NCBI GenBank assembly: GCA_030447585.1
Contig: JAUJOO010000002.1
Coordinates: forward strand, 199,895 to 263,894
Source of the DNA: Nocardioidaceae bacterium
Lineage (GTDB): Bacteria > Actinomycetota > Actinomycetes > Propionibacteriales > Nocardioidaceae
Reading direction: 5' to 3'
Length of the DNA stretch: 64,000 nucleotides
This document shows, piece after piece, positions 46,929 to 56,968 of this stretch (positions are counted from its first letter, which is position 1; every line of letters begins with the position of its first letter). The notes beneath the pieces are model-generated. The model searched no databases. It saw nothing but the letters and a program-made list of their open reading frames with translations, and had not been told where the DNA came from. A program made the position numbers and the translations under genes.

Positions 46929-47390
46929 TTAACGGGCGAGGGTGTACGACTGCTCCCGTACAACAACTGTGTCCGGAGTGATGCGGATCATCGGGACGTC
47001 CTCCTCGCCGTGGACGGAGGGCAGGAACCGCGGATCCCAAGCATTCTGGTCGTCTCCCATGTATTTGACGAAGATGAGCGTGACGACCTGAGGCTCGAGC
47101 GGGAGTACGGCGGCCGTTCCGCGAAGTCCGACGTGCTGAACCAAGCCGGTTGTGGGGTCGAAGTCCACAATCCCCACCGCGCACCGTGGGTCGCGTTCAA
47201 GGTTTGTAGGGAACGACGTTCCGCCGATGACCCACAGCGCCTCGTCTTTCCACAAGAACCAGACTGGGGATTCACGTGGTCCGTGCTCCGAGTTGGTCGC
47301 TAGGTGCGCGAACAGTGGCCTGCCGAAGAACTCGTCGAGCTCAAAGAGGGCTCGGTCGCCACTTGTCACCTTCTGCTCGACGATCTGCAT
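46929..47390 (-). CDS. pyridoxamine 5'-phosphate oxidase (PPOX / FMN-binding split-barrel) family protein
   Basis: MQIVEQKVTSGDRALFELDEFFGRPLFAHLATNSEHGPRESPVWFLWKDEALWVIGG.. The ATG at 47390 is chosen. The upstream part of the ORF is IS-derived sequence. Confidence 0.7.
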   Translation of the reverse strand: MQIVEQKVTSGDRALFELDEFFGRPLFAHLATNSEHGPRESPVWFLWKDEALWVIGGTSFPTNLERDPRCAVGIVDFDPTTGLVQHVGLRGTAAVLPLEPQVVTLIFVKYMGDDQNAWDPRFLPSVHGEEDVPMIRITPDTVVVREQSYTLAR

Positions 47391-47498
47391 AGTCTCACTC
47401 TTCCACGCTGCTGCGAGATGGTCCCAGCGAGGAGGACGACAGCGCCGCCCGCAGCTGGGACACGTCGCCGGGCGACTCCGGGAGCGGTCCTGTTTGGG

Positions 47499-47553
47499 GA
47501 TCCCTATCTGGGGCGAAGCCGTCCTCACCATCCCGGTCCCGGCGATCTCCTTG
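47499..47553 (-). repeat. solo 55-nt copy of the 3' end of the IS5-family element at 54444-55237
   Basis: gatccctatctggggcgaagccgtcctcaccatcccggtcccggcgatctccttg is identical to 54444-54498. Confidence 0.9.
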
Positions 47554-47591
47554 GCGTATGTCCGCCTGTAGGCGTCGACTCGGGGCAGTCG

Positions 47592-48065
47592 CTAGAGGTT
47601 GAGGATCCAGTTCTGGCCGATGAGGTCGTGGCCGAATCTGCGGTGCGGTTCCTCGTCGGCGAGGACGAACCCGAAGGCGTCGTAGATGCGGCGGGCCGAC
47701 ACCAGCACGTCGTTGGTCCACAGCGTGACCTGCCGGTAGCCGGCGGCTCGTGCGAAGGCGAGGCACTCGGAGACCAGGCGGGTGCCGATGCCCAGGCCGC
47801 GGGCGACCGGAGTGACCAAGAGGATCCGCAACTTGGCCATGCCGGGCTCTTCACCGGCCACCAGGAAGATGCATCCCGCCCGTTCGCCGTCGACCTCGGC
47901 GACCCAGGCTGCTTCCCGTGCCGGGTCATGGTCGGTGGCGTAATCGGCCACGATCCTGGCGACCAGCGCCTCGAAGTCGGTGTCCCACCCGAACTGCTGA
48001 TCGTAGACCTCGCCGTGGGCCATCACCACCCAGCCCAGGTCGCCGGGACGATCGGCCCGGCGCAT
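47592..48065 (-). CDS. GNAT family N-acetyltransferase
   Basis: LLVTPVARGLGIGTRLVSECLAFARAAGYRQVTLWTNDVLVSARRIYDAFGF carries the acetyl-CoA motif A. Confidence 0.8.
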   Translation of the reverse strand: MRRADRPGDLGWVVMAHGEVYDQQFGWDTDFEALVARIVADYATDHDPAREAAWVAEVDGERAGCIFLVAGEEPGMAKLRILLVTPVARGLGIGTRLVSECLAFARAAGYRQVTLWTNDVLVSARRIYDAFGFVLADEEPHRRFGHDLIGQNWILNL

Positions 48066-48157
48066 GACAACTGCAGGCGGTCTCTGGTCCTCTCGTGAAT
48101 CCCGGTGACTCCTAGCTCGACTGACACAACTGTTTCAGTAGCGGTTAGACTAGCTTC

Positions 48158-48775
48158 GTGCCCCCGGAGACGACAACTCCCGCTGCTCCCTCTGCGCGGC
48201 AGACCGAGCTGCTCGAGGCCGCCTACCGATACGTGCTCGACCACGGTTTGGCCGACCTGTCGCTGCGTCCGCTGGCCGCGGCGATCGGCTCCAGCCCGCG
48301 GGTGCTGATGTTCTTGTTCGACAACAAGGACGGCTTGGTGCGGGCGCTGCTGGCGCGTGCCCGCACCGACGAACTGACGATGCTGGACCAGGTCGGGCAG
48401 GCCAGCGACGGCGCGGCGATCGGGCTGGTCCCCGCGCTCGAACGGGTGTGGGCATGGCTGGCGGCCGCGGAGCACCGGCAACTACTGCAGCTGTGGGCCG
48501 AGGCCTACGCCCGATCCCTGGTCGAGCCCAACGGTGCGTGGGCGGGTTTCGCCAGTACGACCGTGGACGACTGGCTCACCGTGCTGGCCACGTGCCAGCC
48601 TTCGGCCGAGAGGGACAGCGCCGAGGGTGCCGTCCGCCGCACCCTCGCCCTCGCCGTGCTCAGGGGCGCCCTGCTAGACGTCCTGGCCACCGGAGACGAG
48701 GCCCGCGTCACGGCTGCGGTCCGCCACCAGCTCGCCCTACTGCGTCACTCCGATCCGAGCACCACCCGACCATGA
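48158..48775 (+). CDS. TetR/AcrR family transcriptional regulator
   Basis: RQTELLEAAYRYVLDHGLADLSLRPLAAAIGSSPRVLMFLFDNKDGL. Divergent from the GNAT gene. Confidence 0.8.
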   Translation: MPPETTTPAAPSARQTELLEAAYRYVLDHGLADLSLRPLAAAIGSSPRVLMFLFDNKDGLVRALLARARTDELTMLDQVGQASDGAAIGLVPALERVWAWLAAAEHRQLLQLWAEAYARSLVEPNGAWAGFASTTVDDWLTVLATCQPSAERDSAEGAVRRTLALAVLRGALLDVLATGDEARVTAAVRHQLALLRHSDPSTTRP

Positions 48776-48824
48776 CCGCGGAAGCCACCTGGCGGTCGCC
48801 GATGAGACCGAGGAGCACACCAAC

Positions 48825-49259
48825 ATGCGCACCACCCTCCAACCCGGTATCCAAGCGCAGTTGAGTTACACCGTCGGACAGGACCGGACCGTCCCTGAAC
48901 TGCTACCCGAGTCCTCCGACTTCGCCGCACTGCCACCCGTGCTCGCGACCGGATACCTGGTCGCCCTCGTCGAGTGGACTTGCATGAAGGCGCTCGACGG
49001 GCACCTGGACGCCGACGAGCAGACCCTCGGCGTCCACGTCGACCTCAGCCACGCCGCAGCCACCCCGGTAGGCAAGGGCGTGAGCATCGACGTCCGACTC
49101 GAGACCGTCGAGGGCCGCCAGCTGACCTTCGCCGTCGACGCCTGCGATGACGCCGCGACCATCTGTCGGGGAACACACCGCCGCGCTGTCATCAACCGCC
49201 CCCGATTCGACGCCAGCCTCGCCGCACGCGACGCCAACCCTGCGGCCAACCCAGAGTGA
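48825..49259 (+). CDS. hotdog-fold thioesterase (FlK-like family)
   Basis: ..LATGYLVALVEWTCMKAL..LGVHVDLSHAAATPVGKGVSIDVRLETVEGRQLTFAVDACDDAATICRGTHRRAVI. Confidence 0.65.
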   Translation: MRTTLQPGIQAQLSYTVGQDRTVPELLPESSDFAALPPVLATGYLVALVEWTCMKALDGHLDADEQTLGVHVDLSHAAATPVGKGVSIDVRLETVEGRQLTFAVDACDDAATICRGTHRRAVINRPRFDASLAARDANPAANPE

Positions 49260-49739
49260 CCGGCATGAGGACTCCCCGCCGCCGCTGTTGCGACGTCCAG
49301 CCGCCGCTCGACACCCGGCAACGGCAGCAGCGTAACTGGACAAGTCAGGGGCTAGGCCTCGACGAGGAGGCCGACGGGTGCGGCAGCCAGAAGCGCAGCA
49401 AGCCGCCGAGGTAGTAGACGACTTGGGACCCCGTACAGGTCGGCGAGCGCGCCACCGACCGAGTGAGACGAGCCTGTCGCCCCGCGAGCGCAACGAAGTA
49501 CGACGCGTCACCACAGCCCGGGACTCAGCGGGAGGATGACCGCAGGCGGATCCCCTGCGGGACGCCTCGTGCCGGCCCGTTCAGCCGCGTTGACGTGGCC
49601 GTAGCGCGTTCCTATACGACACACGAGATTGACTCCGGCGGAGCCGGCTGGCGTCGCTCGAGTCAACCGTCCGGAGGGCGGTGCGACTCGGCGGCTCAGA
49701 TTCATGAGTGTCAGGCTGGCGGCATGAGTCGGCTACTGG

Positions 49740-50335
49740 AGAGTCCCAGTGCGCTGCCAGGGCGTCCCGGCTGTCTCGTCGACGGTACGGGCGCCGTCGA
49801 CAACCACTGCAACGTGCTCAGCCCGTGTTGCGCGGCGTCCACAGCGACTTCACGGGCGAACATCTCGTCGCGTTCAAGCAGGTTCCCGGAAACCTGGTGC
49901 GGGTCCGTTGTGCCCAGCCAGAAGGCCTCTGCGCCATCACGCGCGGCGAGCCTGCGGAACTCCGGCGTCGGAACCAACCACACCGTGCCGGGGTCGGCGA
50001 GATGCGGGCGCACGAGGTGCGGGAGCAGCCGAAGCCCTCGACGAGGGTCATGGTGCCTGTCGGAAGTGACCGCGGGTCCTCGAGCAACAGGTCGAACCCT
50101 TCTCTCCCGTGGAACCGAGCACGTCCGGTACATCGTCGTCGGGTGCCGTAGTGCCCACCAGTCGTCCATGCTCATGCGACGGAAGCATTCGAGTAGAGGG
50201 CGTGGCGGCACTCAGTCGGGCGGCGTGGGCCCCGATCGTCGCGTCGCTGCTGTAGACGGCAAGCCCGAACCGGTCGGCCAGACGGCGCGTCACCGTTGTC
50301 TTGCCGGCACCGGTCACCCCCACCTACGGATGTGA
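49740..50335 (-). pseudogene. P-loop NTPase / kinase-like (AAA_33-type) gene, frameshifted
   Basis: Walker A: VGVTGAGKTTVTRRLADRFGLAVYSSD. Later pieces in another frame: ..WLVPTPEFRRLAARDGAEAFWLGTTDPHQVSGNLLERDEMFAREVAVDAAQHGL. Confidence 0.5.
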
Positions 50336-50589
50336 TCCAGTGAGCTCACGACGCAAGTGTCCAACGCAGATCTTCTCCACCGGCCGCGCTAGAACCGCTC
50401 ACATGCCCGCTCCTGTCCGGTAGACGATCCATTTTGTGAACAGGTCTCTGTACCTCGGCGCCACATACGTCGCGGGTGACCGCTCCCCGTTCGGTTTTCT
50501 GGGGCTGCTGTCTGTCGTGCTCGGGCGACGACCAGGTTCCCAGCGGAGGGCGATCTCGATCCCGGGTCGGATGCGGGTCATCATGGAGG

Positions 50590-51250
50590 GGTGAGCGGCG
50601 TCGCGGCTACCTGGCCTGGCACGAGCTGTACGACGACCCGCGCTCAAGCCTGCCGCGCCGCCTCGCGTTGGTGCGGGAGGTGCTCCACGCCGAGCTCGAC
50701 GCCCGGCCGGGACCGGTCCGGGTCGTCAGTTGTGTGCGGGCGACGGGCGCGACATCCTCGGGGTCCTCGCGGAGCGGGGACGCGGCGCGTGTCTGTGACG
50801 CTGGTGGAGGTGCTGCCGGAGCTGGTCAAGCGCGCGGGAACGCCGCGCGGATGTCGCCGCCGATGTGGTGGTGGCCGCGTGCGCTGGCTGCTCAGGGCCT
50901 ACGTGGGTCTCGCCACGGTGCCCGCCGATGTCGTGCTGCTCGTGGGCGTGCTCGGCAACGTCAGCGACGCCGGCGTCGCCGCCACCGTAGCCGCGATGCC
51001 TCGCCCTCCTGTGCGTCGGGGGCCACGCTGGTGTGGAGCCGCGGGCGCAGCCTGGAGGGCGCCGACGACTTCGTGACGCCGGTTCGCAAGGCGTTCTCCG
51101 CCGCCGGGTTCGCCGAGGTGTGCGTCCGTTCGTTCGACGTCGAGGACGACCGCACGGCGCTCGGCGTTGTTCGCTTCGATGGACAGCCGGTGCCGCTCGG
51201 GCGGAGAGATGTGGTTTACCTTCGTGGGCTGAGCGGGTCGGTGGCCGAGA
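50590..51250 (+). pseudogene. SAM-dependent methyltransferase-like gene, several frame changes
   Basis: Pieces: YLAWHELYDDPRSSLPRRLALVREVLHAELDARPGPVRVVS.., ..RVSVTLVEVLPELVKRA.., VPADVVLLVGVLGNVSDAGVAATVAAMP.., ATLVWSRGRSLEGADDFVTPVRKAFSAAGFAEV. Confidence 0.4.
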
Positions 51251-51398
51251 TGGGTTGTGCCACGCGGATCCGCATGCGGTGATCCGTTGGGCCGTTACCC
51301 GTCGGCAGTCGCCCTAGGTTGTTGGGCTTGCGGAAGCCATTGCCGTCGACAAGCGCCTGACTCGCGATCTGCTGCCACCTGGTGGCACTAGTGGCAGG

Positions 51399-52003
51399 GT
51401 GCTGTCCATGATCGACGACGCCGCGAAGGCCAACCTGTACGACTACCTGAAGCACGAGCGCGAGGCGGTGCTCGCAACCAAGCTCGACGGGCTCTCCGAG
51501 TACGACGTCCGTCGCCCGTTGACCGTCACCGGGACCAACCTGCTGGGCCTGGTCAAGCACCTGGCGACCTGGGAGGCTAGGTACCTCGGCGAGGTCTTCG
51601 ACCGTCGTTTCCCGAACCTCTGCCTCGGTGGGACGTCGAGGGCCGAGCGACTTCGCCGACATGTGGGCGAGCGAGCACGAGTCCCGCAGCGACGTTGTCG
51701 GCCGCTACCGACGCGTGTGGGACCACAGCGACGCGACGGTGGACGCCCTCGCCCTCGATGCCACCGGCCGCGTGGCCCTGGTGGCAGGACGCCAGTGCTG
51801 TTCCCGCTGCCCTCGTTCATCTGCTTGCCGAGACCAGTCGGCACGCCGGCCACGCTGACATCCTGCGCGAAGAGCTCGACGGAGCGGTGGGAACCGACGC
51901 CGAGGCCATGGCCGTGGAGCACGACCCAGCCTTCTGGACGAAGCGGCGCGAGGAGATCGAGGCGAGCCGCCAGGTCAGCCGGTTGACCCAGATCGCGAGC
52001 TAA
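51399..52003 (+). pseudogene. DinB/DUF664 (mycothiol-transferase-like) family gene, copy 1, frameshifted
   Basis: LYDYLKHEREAVLATKLDGLSEYDVRRPLTVTGTNLLGLVKHLATWEARYLGEVF.. then frame loss. The C-terminus is in another frame: ..LVHLLAETSRHAGHADILREELDGAVG. Confidence 0.6.
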
Positions 52004-52009
52004 GACTCA

Positions 52010-52560
52010 GCATCCGCGGGTGCCGCCACCATGCGGCCCGTCCGGTCGGGCGCGAGCCGATCCATCTACGGGACGCCCGCCAGCCGCGCGGAATGCGGGC
52101 AGATCCGGACGTTCGCCGCCCGGTCGAGCAGCCGGGGGCGGCAGATCGTCGTGGCTCAGTCGCTCGTGCAGTTCCCACAGGGCAGTCCCGTTGCTTTTGT
52201 GGCCAGGCGAGTCGCCCCTTTGCCTCGGCGTAGTCGAGCCAGTCGAACTGCGTGTGCTCGTGCGAGGTCACGGAAATCCACGCCCGTAGAATCAACCCGC
52301 AAAAGCCTGCGGCACGACGTACAGGTCAGATGGCCACGAGTCGCGGGCACGGAAATGGAACGCCGGAACGGTGTCCATGGCATGCAGTTTGGTACAAGGT
52401 TGGTGGTCGGCAGGCTCGCCTCCCTTATTGCCTCGCGGCGAGCGGGCATGGGCGCAGTCTCCGACGCCTTGGCGCCACCCCGCGATGGGAGTTGCCACTT
52501 GGCATCGTCGGAACGCGGAAAAGCCCGTACTCCCGCTCCCCATCTGCGCGCATGCGGAAC
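52010..52560 (-). pseudogene. NUDIX-hydrolase-like remnant, frameshifted with an in-frame stop
   Basis: Reverse-strand pieces: ..FHFRARDSWPSDLYVVPQAFAG-stop, LILRAWISVTSHEHTQFDWLDYAEAKGRLAWPQ.., ..ALWELHERL. The NUDIX box itself was not identified, so the call is tentative. Confidence 0.3.
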
Positions 52561-52933
52561 GGGATCACGACGACTTGCATGGGGGCTCTGGACACGGACA
52601 GTTGGCAAGAGTCAGCCGTAGGACAAGTTCGTCCGACATGCCTATGTTCGGTCGCGGCTCGCCAGCAAAAGAGGCTCGCACATCGGCATGACCGCGCGGA
52701 CAGCGGCAGTTCCGGGCGTTTCCGAGGCTCGGCAGCGCGGCTCACAACCGGACCTTTCCTGAACACGACGTATGCGGACAGTTGTCCGCTTCAAACCGTG
52801 GCAGAACCAAACAATGAAGAGCGCACATCAGGTCGTGTTGTGGTTGCCGAGTGGCCATGACCCCCACTCACCATGCAAAAAAAGTGCCCACCGCTTGCAG
52901 CGTTTGGGCTACCTGGCCATGTAGAGGGGAAGG

Positions 52934-53440
52934 ATGGAAACAGCCGTACGGATGGAGTTCACGCCATGCGACGATGACTTGGATTTGCTTCTTGATGCCA
53001 CTCGGAAGGATGCGTCAGGGCTTGCCGCGGCGCTCAGCCGGGAGGTTGCTGCTGAGATTGCTGCGGAGCATCGCGCGAGGTCAACGTGGCGGCGTCGATG
53101 GTTGCGAGCAGGGTGCTCCGACCTGCCGGTCGGCATGGCGTTCTGGCCGTCATGGGAGCGGGCACTTACGCCGCCTACCAGCTGTCAGTCCCACCGTATC
53201 AGCGACCGAACCTGCTGGAGTGGAGCGCGTTGACCAACCGATCTCCGTCGACTACCGGACCGATGCAGGCACTGTCCTGGATTGCGATCTCTACTTGGAG
53301 TTTCGTGACGTGACAGCGGACCAACGAGTCTCCTTGAACGCGCTCAGCAAAGATTCCATGTGGCAAAGGCTTTGGGCAGAGGGTCTACAGCTCCCTACCG
53401 GAAAGCCGCGCGGTACAAGACGGTCCCGAGCCGCTGTGGG
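52934..53440 (+). pseudogene. hypothetical gene in a lower-GC patch, at least two frame changes
   Basis: METAVRMEFTPCDDDLDLLLDATRKDASGLAAALSREVAAEIAAEHRA.. / ..VLAVMGAGTYAAYQLSVPPYQRPNLLEWS.. / ..VDQPISVDYRTDAGTVLDCDLYLEFRDVTADQRVSLNALSKDSMWQRLWAEGLQLP. These lie in three frames. Confidence 0.3.
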
Positions 53441-53829
53441 CCGACCGCGTCGACGAGCGGGTGCGCGGAGGCTCTACGCGCCGTCCCAGGTCTGACCTTC
53501 CACGGACCTGCAGGCGCCCCGAGCCTCGAAGGGTCCACGACTCGCTGCGAGTACCCGGACGCCGAACGTTGACCAACAGTGCCAACACACGAGTCAGGGC
53601 TCTCTCGTGCGAGACGTAGCACCTGATCTCTTAGACTATTTCCTTCGCCGGGTAGAGGACTCAGCGGATGCCTGGACCTCCTTGGCGACACCCTGCTCGT
53701 AGTCTGTCGACGCGCTCAGTCTACCTGTCCCTTCCACAGAAGCGAGGTTGTGGGCATTCGGAGTAGCACGTAAGACCCTCGCAGGCCGTCGTCGCGCGAG
53801 TCGACGCCGGACGGCCCCTGGAGGAACGG

Positions 53830-54043
53830 TTGCGCAATGAGCTTGCCCTCGAGCAGGTGGGTTCGCCGCAGCCCAGCGCAGCTCTCGACATCGCGTTGAC
53901 AGACCTCGATCAGCTAGATCGCGAGATCATCCGTCTCTTGCATTGGGAGGGCTTCTCTCGGAAGTGGCATCGATCCTCAAGAAACCTGCTGGCACCGTTC
54001 GCAGTCGGTACGCACGCGCGGTCGGCGCTGAGCTCAGCTAAAT
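53830..54043 (+). pseudogene. ECF sigma factor region-4 fragment, frameshifted
   Basis: ..LDQLDREIIRLLHWEGFS, then (other frame) EVASILKKPAGTVRSRYARAVGAELS-stop. No region 2 lies upstream. Confidence 0.5.
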
Positions 54044-54443
54044 GACCTGCGCTCAGGGACCGAGTGCCAACGATTCGCCACGCGGCCGCCGGCGCCCGCA
54101 AGCGGAGGATTCAAGACACGCCCGGAACGCTAGCTTCATCGCATGGAGATCATCGGCGCATGCTGGCTTCGTGACAACCATGAGGAACCGGTCGTTCTGA
54201 ATCAGAACGCATGACGCCGACCGGCTAGAGAGGTGTGCAAGATTCACGAGGTTAGGGACGGCACACGAGAGCGCAACAGACCAGAACGAACCCGAGAAGC
54301 GCACGTCAATGGGCGGAGATGTCACCGCTGGACGAGCCGGAGGTTGTGCGCTGATCGTCGAAGATCAGACGTCCCGATTGGCGAACGTCACACGGACGCC
54401 TCCGCTGAGCGGGCCGGTTTCAACGGGACGATCACCGTATACC

Positions 54444-55237
54444 GATCCCTATCTGGGGCGAAGCCGTCCTCACCATCCCGGTCCCGGCGATCTCCTTGAA
54501 GCCGATCGAGATGATCGGACCACTGCTGTTGCGATGACCGCGAGAATCCGCCGGATCCCCTGCGGGACGTCGGCGACTCGCCGTTGGTCTTGGTCTGGCG
54601 ATCGCCGCAACCGGTTGTCGACAGGCGTCGGGGCGAGGCGCGGGTGACCAGGTCCGATGCGCTGGACTGCAAGTTGAGACAGCCACGGCTCGAGCATGGG
54701 TGAATCGCCACACTGGCCGGGTGTCAGAGCGAGGACCAGCGGGCGCCCACGGCCGTAGACAAGCTGGTGGTTCTTGGTCGACATCCCGCCGCGCGTGCGG
54801 CCCCAGCGCGTGATCCGGCGGCTCGGTGCGCGGATCCCTGTAGTTCAGGTCAGCCCCCTGTGGATGCCTTGGGCGGCCGGCGGGCTCTTCGATGCGGCTC
54901 AGGGTGGTGGCTTGATCATGGGCGGTTGACCGGGGAGTCGACCGAGACCTTCCAGACGAGCCCGGCCGTGGCGTCCGGGCTTCGGCCACCAGTCGGGAGT
55001 GGATCTTGTCCCAGGTGCCGTCGGTGCTGAACCGCTTGTGTCGCTTACAGACCGTCTGCCACGGCCCGAACGAGTTCGAAAGATCCCGACACGCGACCCT
55101 GGTCCGGAAGCGATAGACGATGCCCTCGACCACTTGGCGGTGGTCACGGAAGGGCCGGCCCCGCTGGCCCTGGGGGACGGCACCAACGGCTTGATCCGGG
55201 GCCACTGGGCGTCGTCCAGCACGGCAGAACGCGACAT
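54444..55237 (-). mobile_element. IS5-family (IS427/ISL2-like, DUF4096 N-terminus) transposase, multiply frameshifted
   Basis: MSRSAVLDDAQWPRIKPLVP.. / ..QRGRPFRDHRQVVEGIVYRFRT..FGPWQTVCKRHKRFSTDGTWDKIHSRLVAEA.. / ..MSTKNHQLVYGRGRPLVLALTPGQCGDSPMLEPWLSQL. These lie in different frames. No terminal inverted repeats were identified by eye. Confidence 0.75.
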
Positions 55238-55285
55238 GAGTGAATAATCCGAGCCCCCACCGGCGAACCGTGGGAGAGGCGCTAG

Positions 55286-56275
55286 CTAGGTTGCGCGCGG
55301 ACCTGTCGGCTGGTGGCTGCGGTACAGCGGCCCGGCCGCAGCGGCCGAGGGTCCACGCTTCTCGGTCATTGACTCGGCCGAAGGGGGTTCGCCCCAGGGG
55401 AGTTTGCCGACGACCAGCTTGGGGATGTTGACGTAGACACGCCCCTCATTGCGATGAGTCACCGCATCCAGCGGAATGTAGGTCTCCTTGTCGACGACGA
55501 TCCCGCGCGCAACCCGGAGATAGCCGGGGGAGCCGCCCTGCGCAGGCACGACCTGTTCCACCTCGCCAATCTTGCCGCGGTCGGACCCGATGACCGTGTC
55601 GCCGAGCTGCGCGACCTGCGAGGCGGGGCCTCCGGCGGTGATGGCGGCGAGGAACTCGTCGACCTCCATGACGGCGTTGGCGATGAGCGGGTAGTTGACG
55701 TGGATCGAGGCTTCATAGGCGGGCAGGCTCTCGGCGCCGATCGCGTTCGAGAGGAACGTGACGTGGTAGCCGTGCTCGGTCGCGTGCCGGCCGGTGGACT
55801 CGACGCACAGGTTCGCGGTCATCCCGGCGATCACGAGCTGCTCGGTGCCGAGCCGTTCGAGATGCTCGGGCAAGTCGGTCTCGAACACGTCGGTGCCCTT
55901 GTGCGGCTGCAGGACCACATCGGCATCGGTGGGCTGGATGTCGGGATGGAAGTCGGCGCCCCACGATCCGGCGAGGAACATCTTCGTCTCGAACATCAGC
56001 CGGTTGATGCCGCTGCGTCGCTGGAGGCCGTGATCGGCGTAGTCCTCCTGCGTGTAGGCCATCGGCCCGAACAGCACCGGTACGCCGGCCTCTCGCGTCG
56101 CGCCGACCAGTCGCTGGAGCTGGGCCACCACGTCGTTTTTCTTGACCGTCGACTTCGTCATCTCCCAAGCGGCTCCGCCCTCGGAGAGGAAGTCGTTGAC
56201 CGGGTCGATCACCAGCAGAGCGGTCCGAGCCGGGTAGAACGCCGCGGGCGCTGTGAACTCATTGGGCAGACTCAT
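55286..56275 (-). CDS. isochorismatase-family cysteine hydrolase fused to a C-terminal PRC-barrel/DUF2171-like domain
   Basis: ATG at 56275. TALLVIDPVNDF, ..LQPHKGTDVF.., QLVIAGMTANLCVESTGRHATEHGY (Cys nucleophile). The C-terminal ~110 aa read ..VIGSDRGKIGEVEQVVP..GYLRVARGIVVDKETYIPLDAV. Confidence 0.75.
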   Translation of the reverse strand: MSLPNEFTAPAAFYPARTALLVIDPVNDFLSEGGAAWEMTKSTVKKNDVVAQLQRLVGATREAGVPVLFGPMAYTQEDYADHGLQRRSGINRLMFETKMFLAGSWGADFHPDIQPTDADVVLQPHKGTDVFETDLPEHLERLGTEQLVIAGMTANLCVESTGRHATEHGYHVTFLSNAIGAESLPAYEASIHVNYPLIANAVMEVDEFLAAITAGGPASQVAQLGDTVIGSDRGKIGEVEQVVPAQGGSPGYLRVARGIVVDKETYIPLDAVTHRNEGRVYVNIPKLVVGKLPWGEPPSAESMTEKRGPSAAAAGPLYRSHQPTGPRAT

Positions 56276-56479
56276 CGTGTAACCCTCGTTTTCCTCGTGG
56301 GATCGGACATCATCATCTGCATCTTGTTCCCCCGGGAGGTGCTGCGGCAACCGCGGACTGTCATGGGAAGCACACACTGGAAGGACGGCGCCGCGAGTCA
56401 GCAGCGGAGGAGGCGTGGAAGCGCGCAAGCGAGAGGAACAGGTCCGCCGCATTGCGTGAGGCGTTGTGGGTCTGCGGAG

Positions 56480-56640
56480 ACCACCCCGCTGCAAGCAGGC
56501 GACGTCAACGGCCTGGCGCCTCACCTCAAGGTGCGCACGCTCGAGGCAGGCGAGCCCTTGCAGCACGCGGGTGCGGCACCGACGGCGGTGTACATCGTTC
56601 GCGAGGGGTGCCTGGAGCTCGCTGTCGCGACGATGTGGAC
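56480..56640 (+). pseudogene. cNMP-binding-domain fragment (Crp/Fnr-type N-terminus)
   Basis: ..LAPHLKVRTLEAGEPLQHAGAAPTAVYIVREGCLELAV.. on the plus strand, at the end of an otherwise antisense ORF. Confidence 0.4.
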
Positions 56641-56800
56641 CTTGCCATAACTGATCTCCACGAGGCCGCTTCTGGCGAAGCGGCGCAGGACGCGGTTGAC
56701 CGAGGTCGTGCGGCAGCCCGAGCAGCGTCGACAAGGGGCCCACCGCGAAGCTCTGCGCGTGGTTGCCGCCGAGCCGGGAGGCCTGCGGGACGGGCTGACG
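56630..56800 (-). pseudogene. Crp/Fnr-type HTH fragment on the opposite strand
   Basis: ..LSTLLGLP / RTTSVNRVLRRFARSGLVEISYGKVHIV. There is one frame change within the fragment. Confidence 0.4.
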
Positions 56801-56968
56801 CTCTCGGGGGCGCCCGACATCCTGATGGTCCTGTTCAGCTCCGACGTGTACCAGGCGCTCCGCGCCGGGCGCGGCTGGTCAAGGGCGCGGTGCACCAAGT
56901 TCCTGGCCGATTTGGTGCAGGGACAGTTGCTGGCTCCCTCCCCTCAAGGGCCGGGAGCACTCAGGTAG
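56800..56968 (+). pseudogene. regulator C-terminal fragment (TetR-like ligand-domain tail)
   Basis: ..GAPDILMVLFSSDVYQALRAGRGWSRARCTKFLADLVQGQLL.. has native-looking helices without an upstream HTH. The family guess is weak. Confidence 0.2.

Noticed and set aside
54432-55205. ORF 54432..55205 (257 aa) as an intact transposase
   Set aside because: Only about 75 residues of it (..RGRPFRDHRQVVEGIVYRF..GTWDKIHSRLVAEA) are transposase-like. The true N-terminus and the DDE region are in other frames, so the gene is frameshifted.
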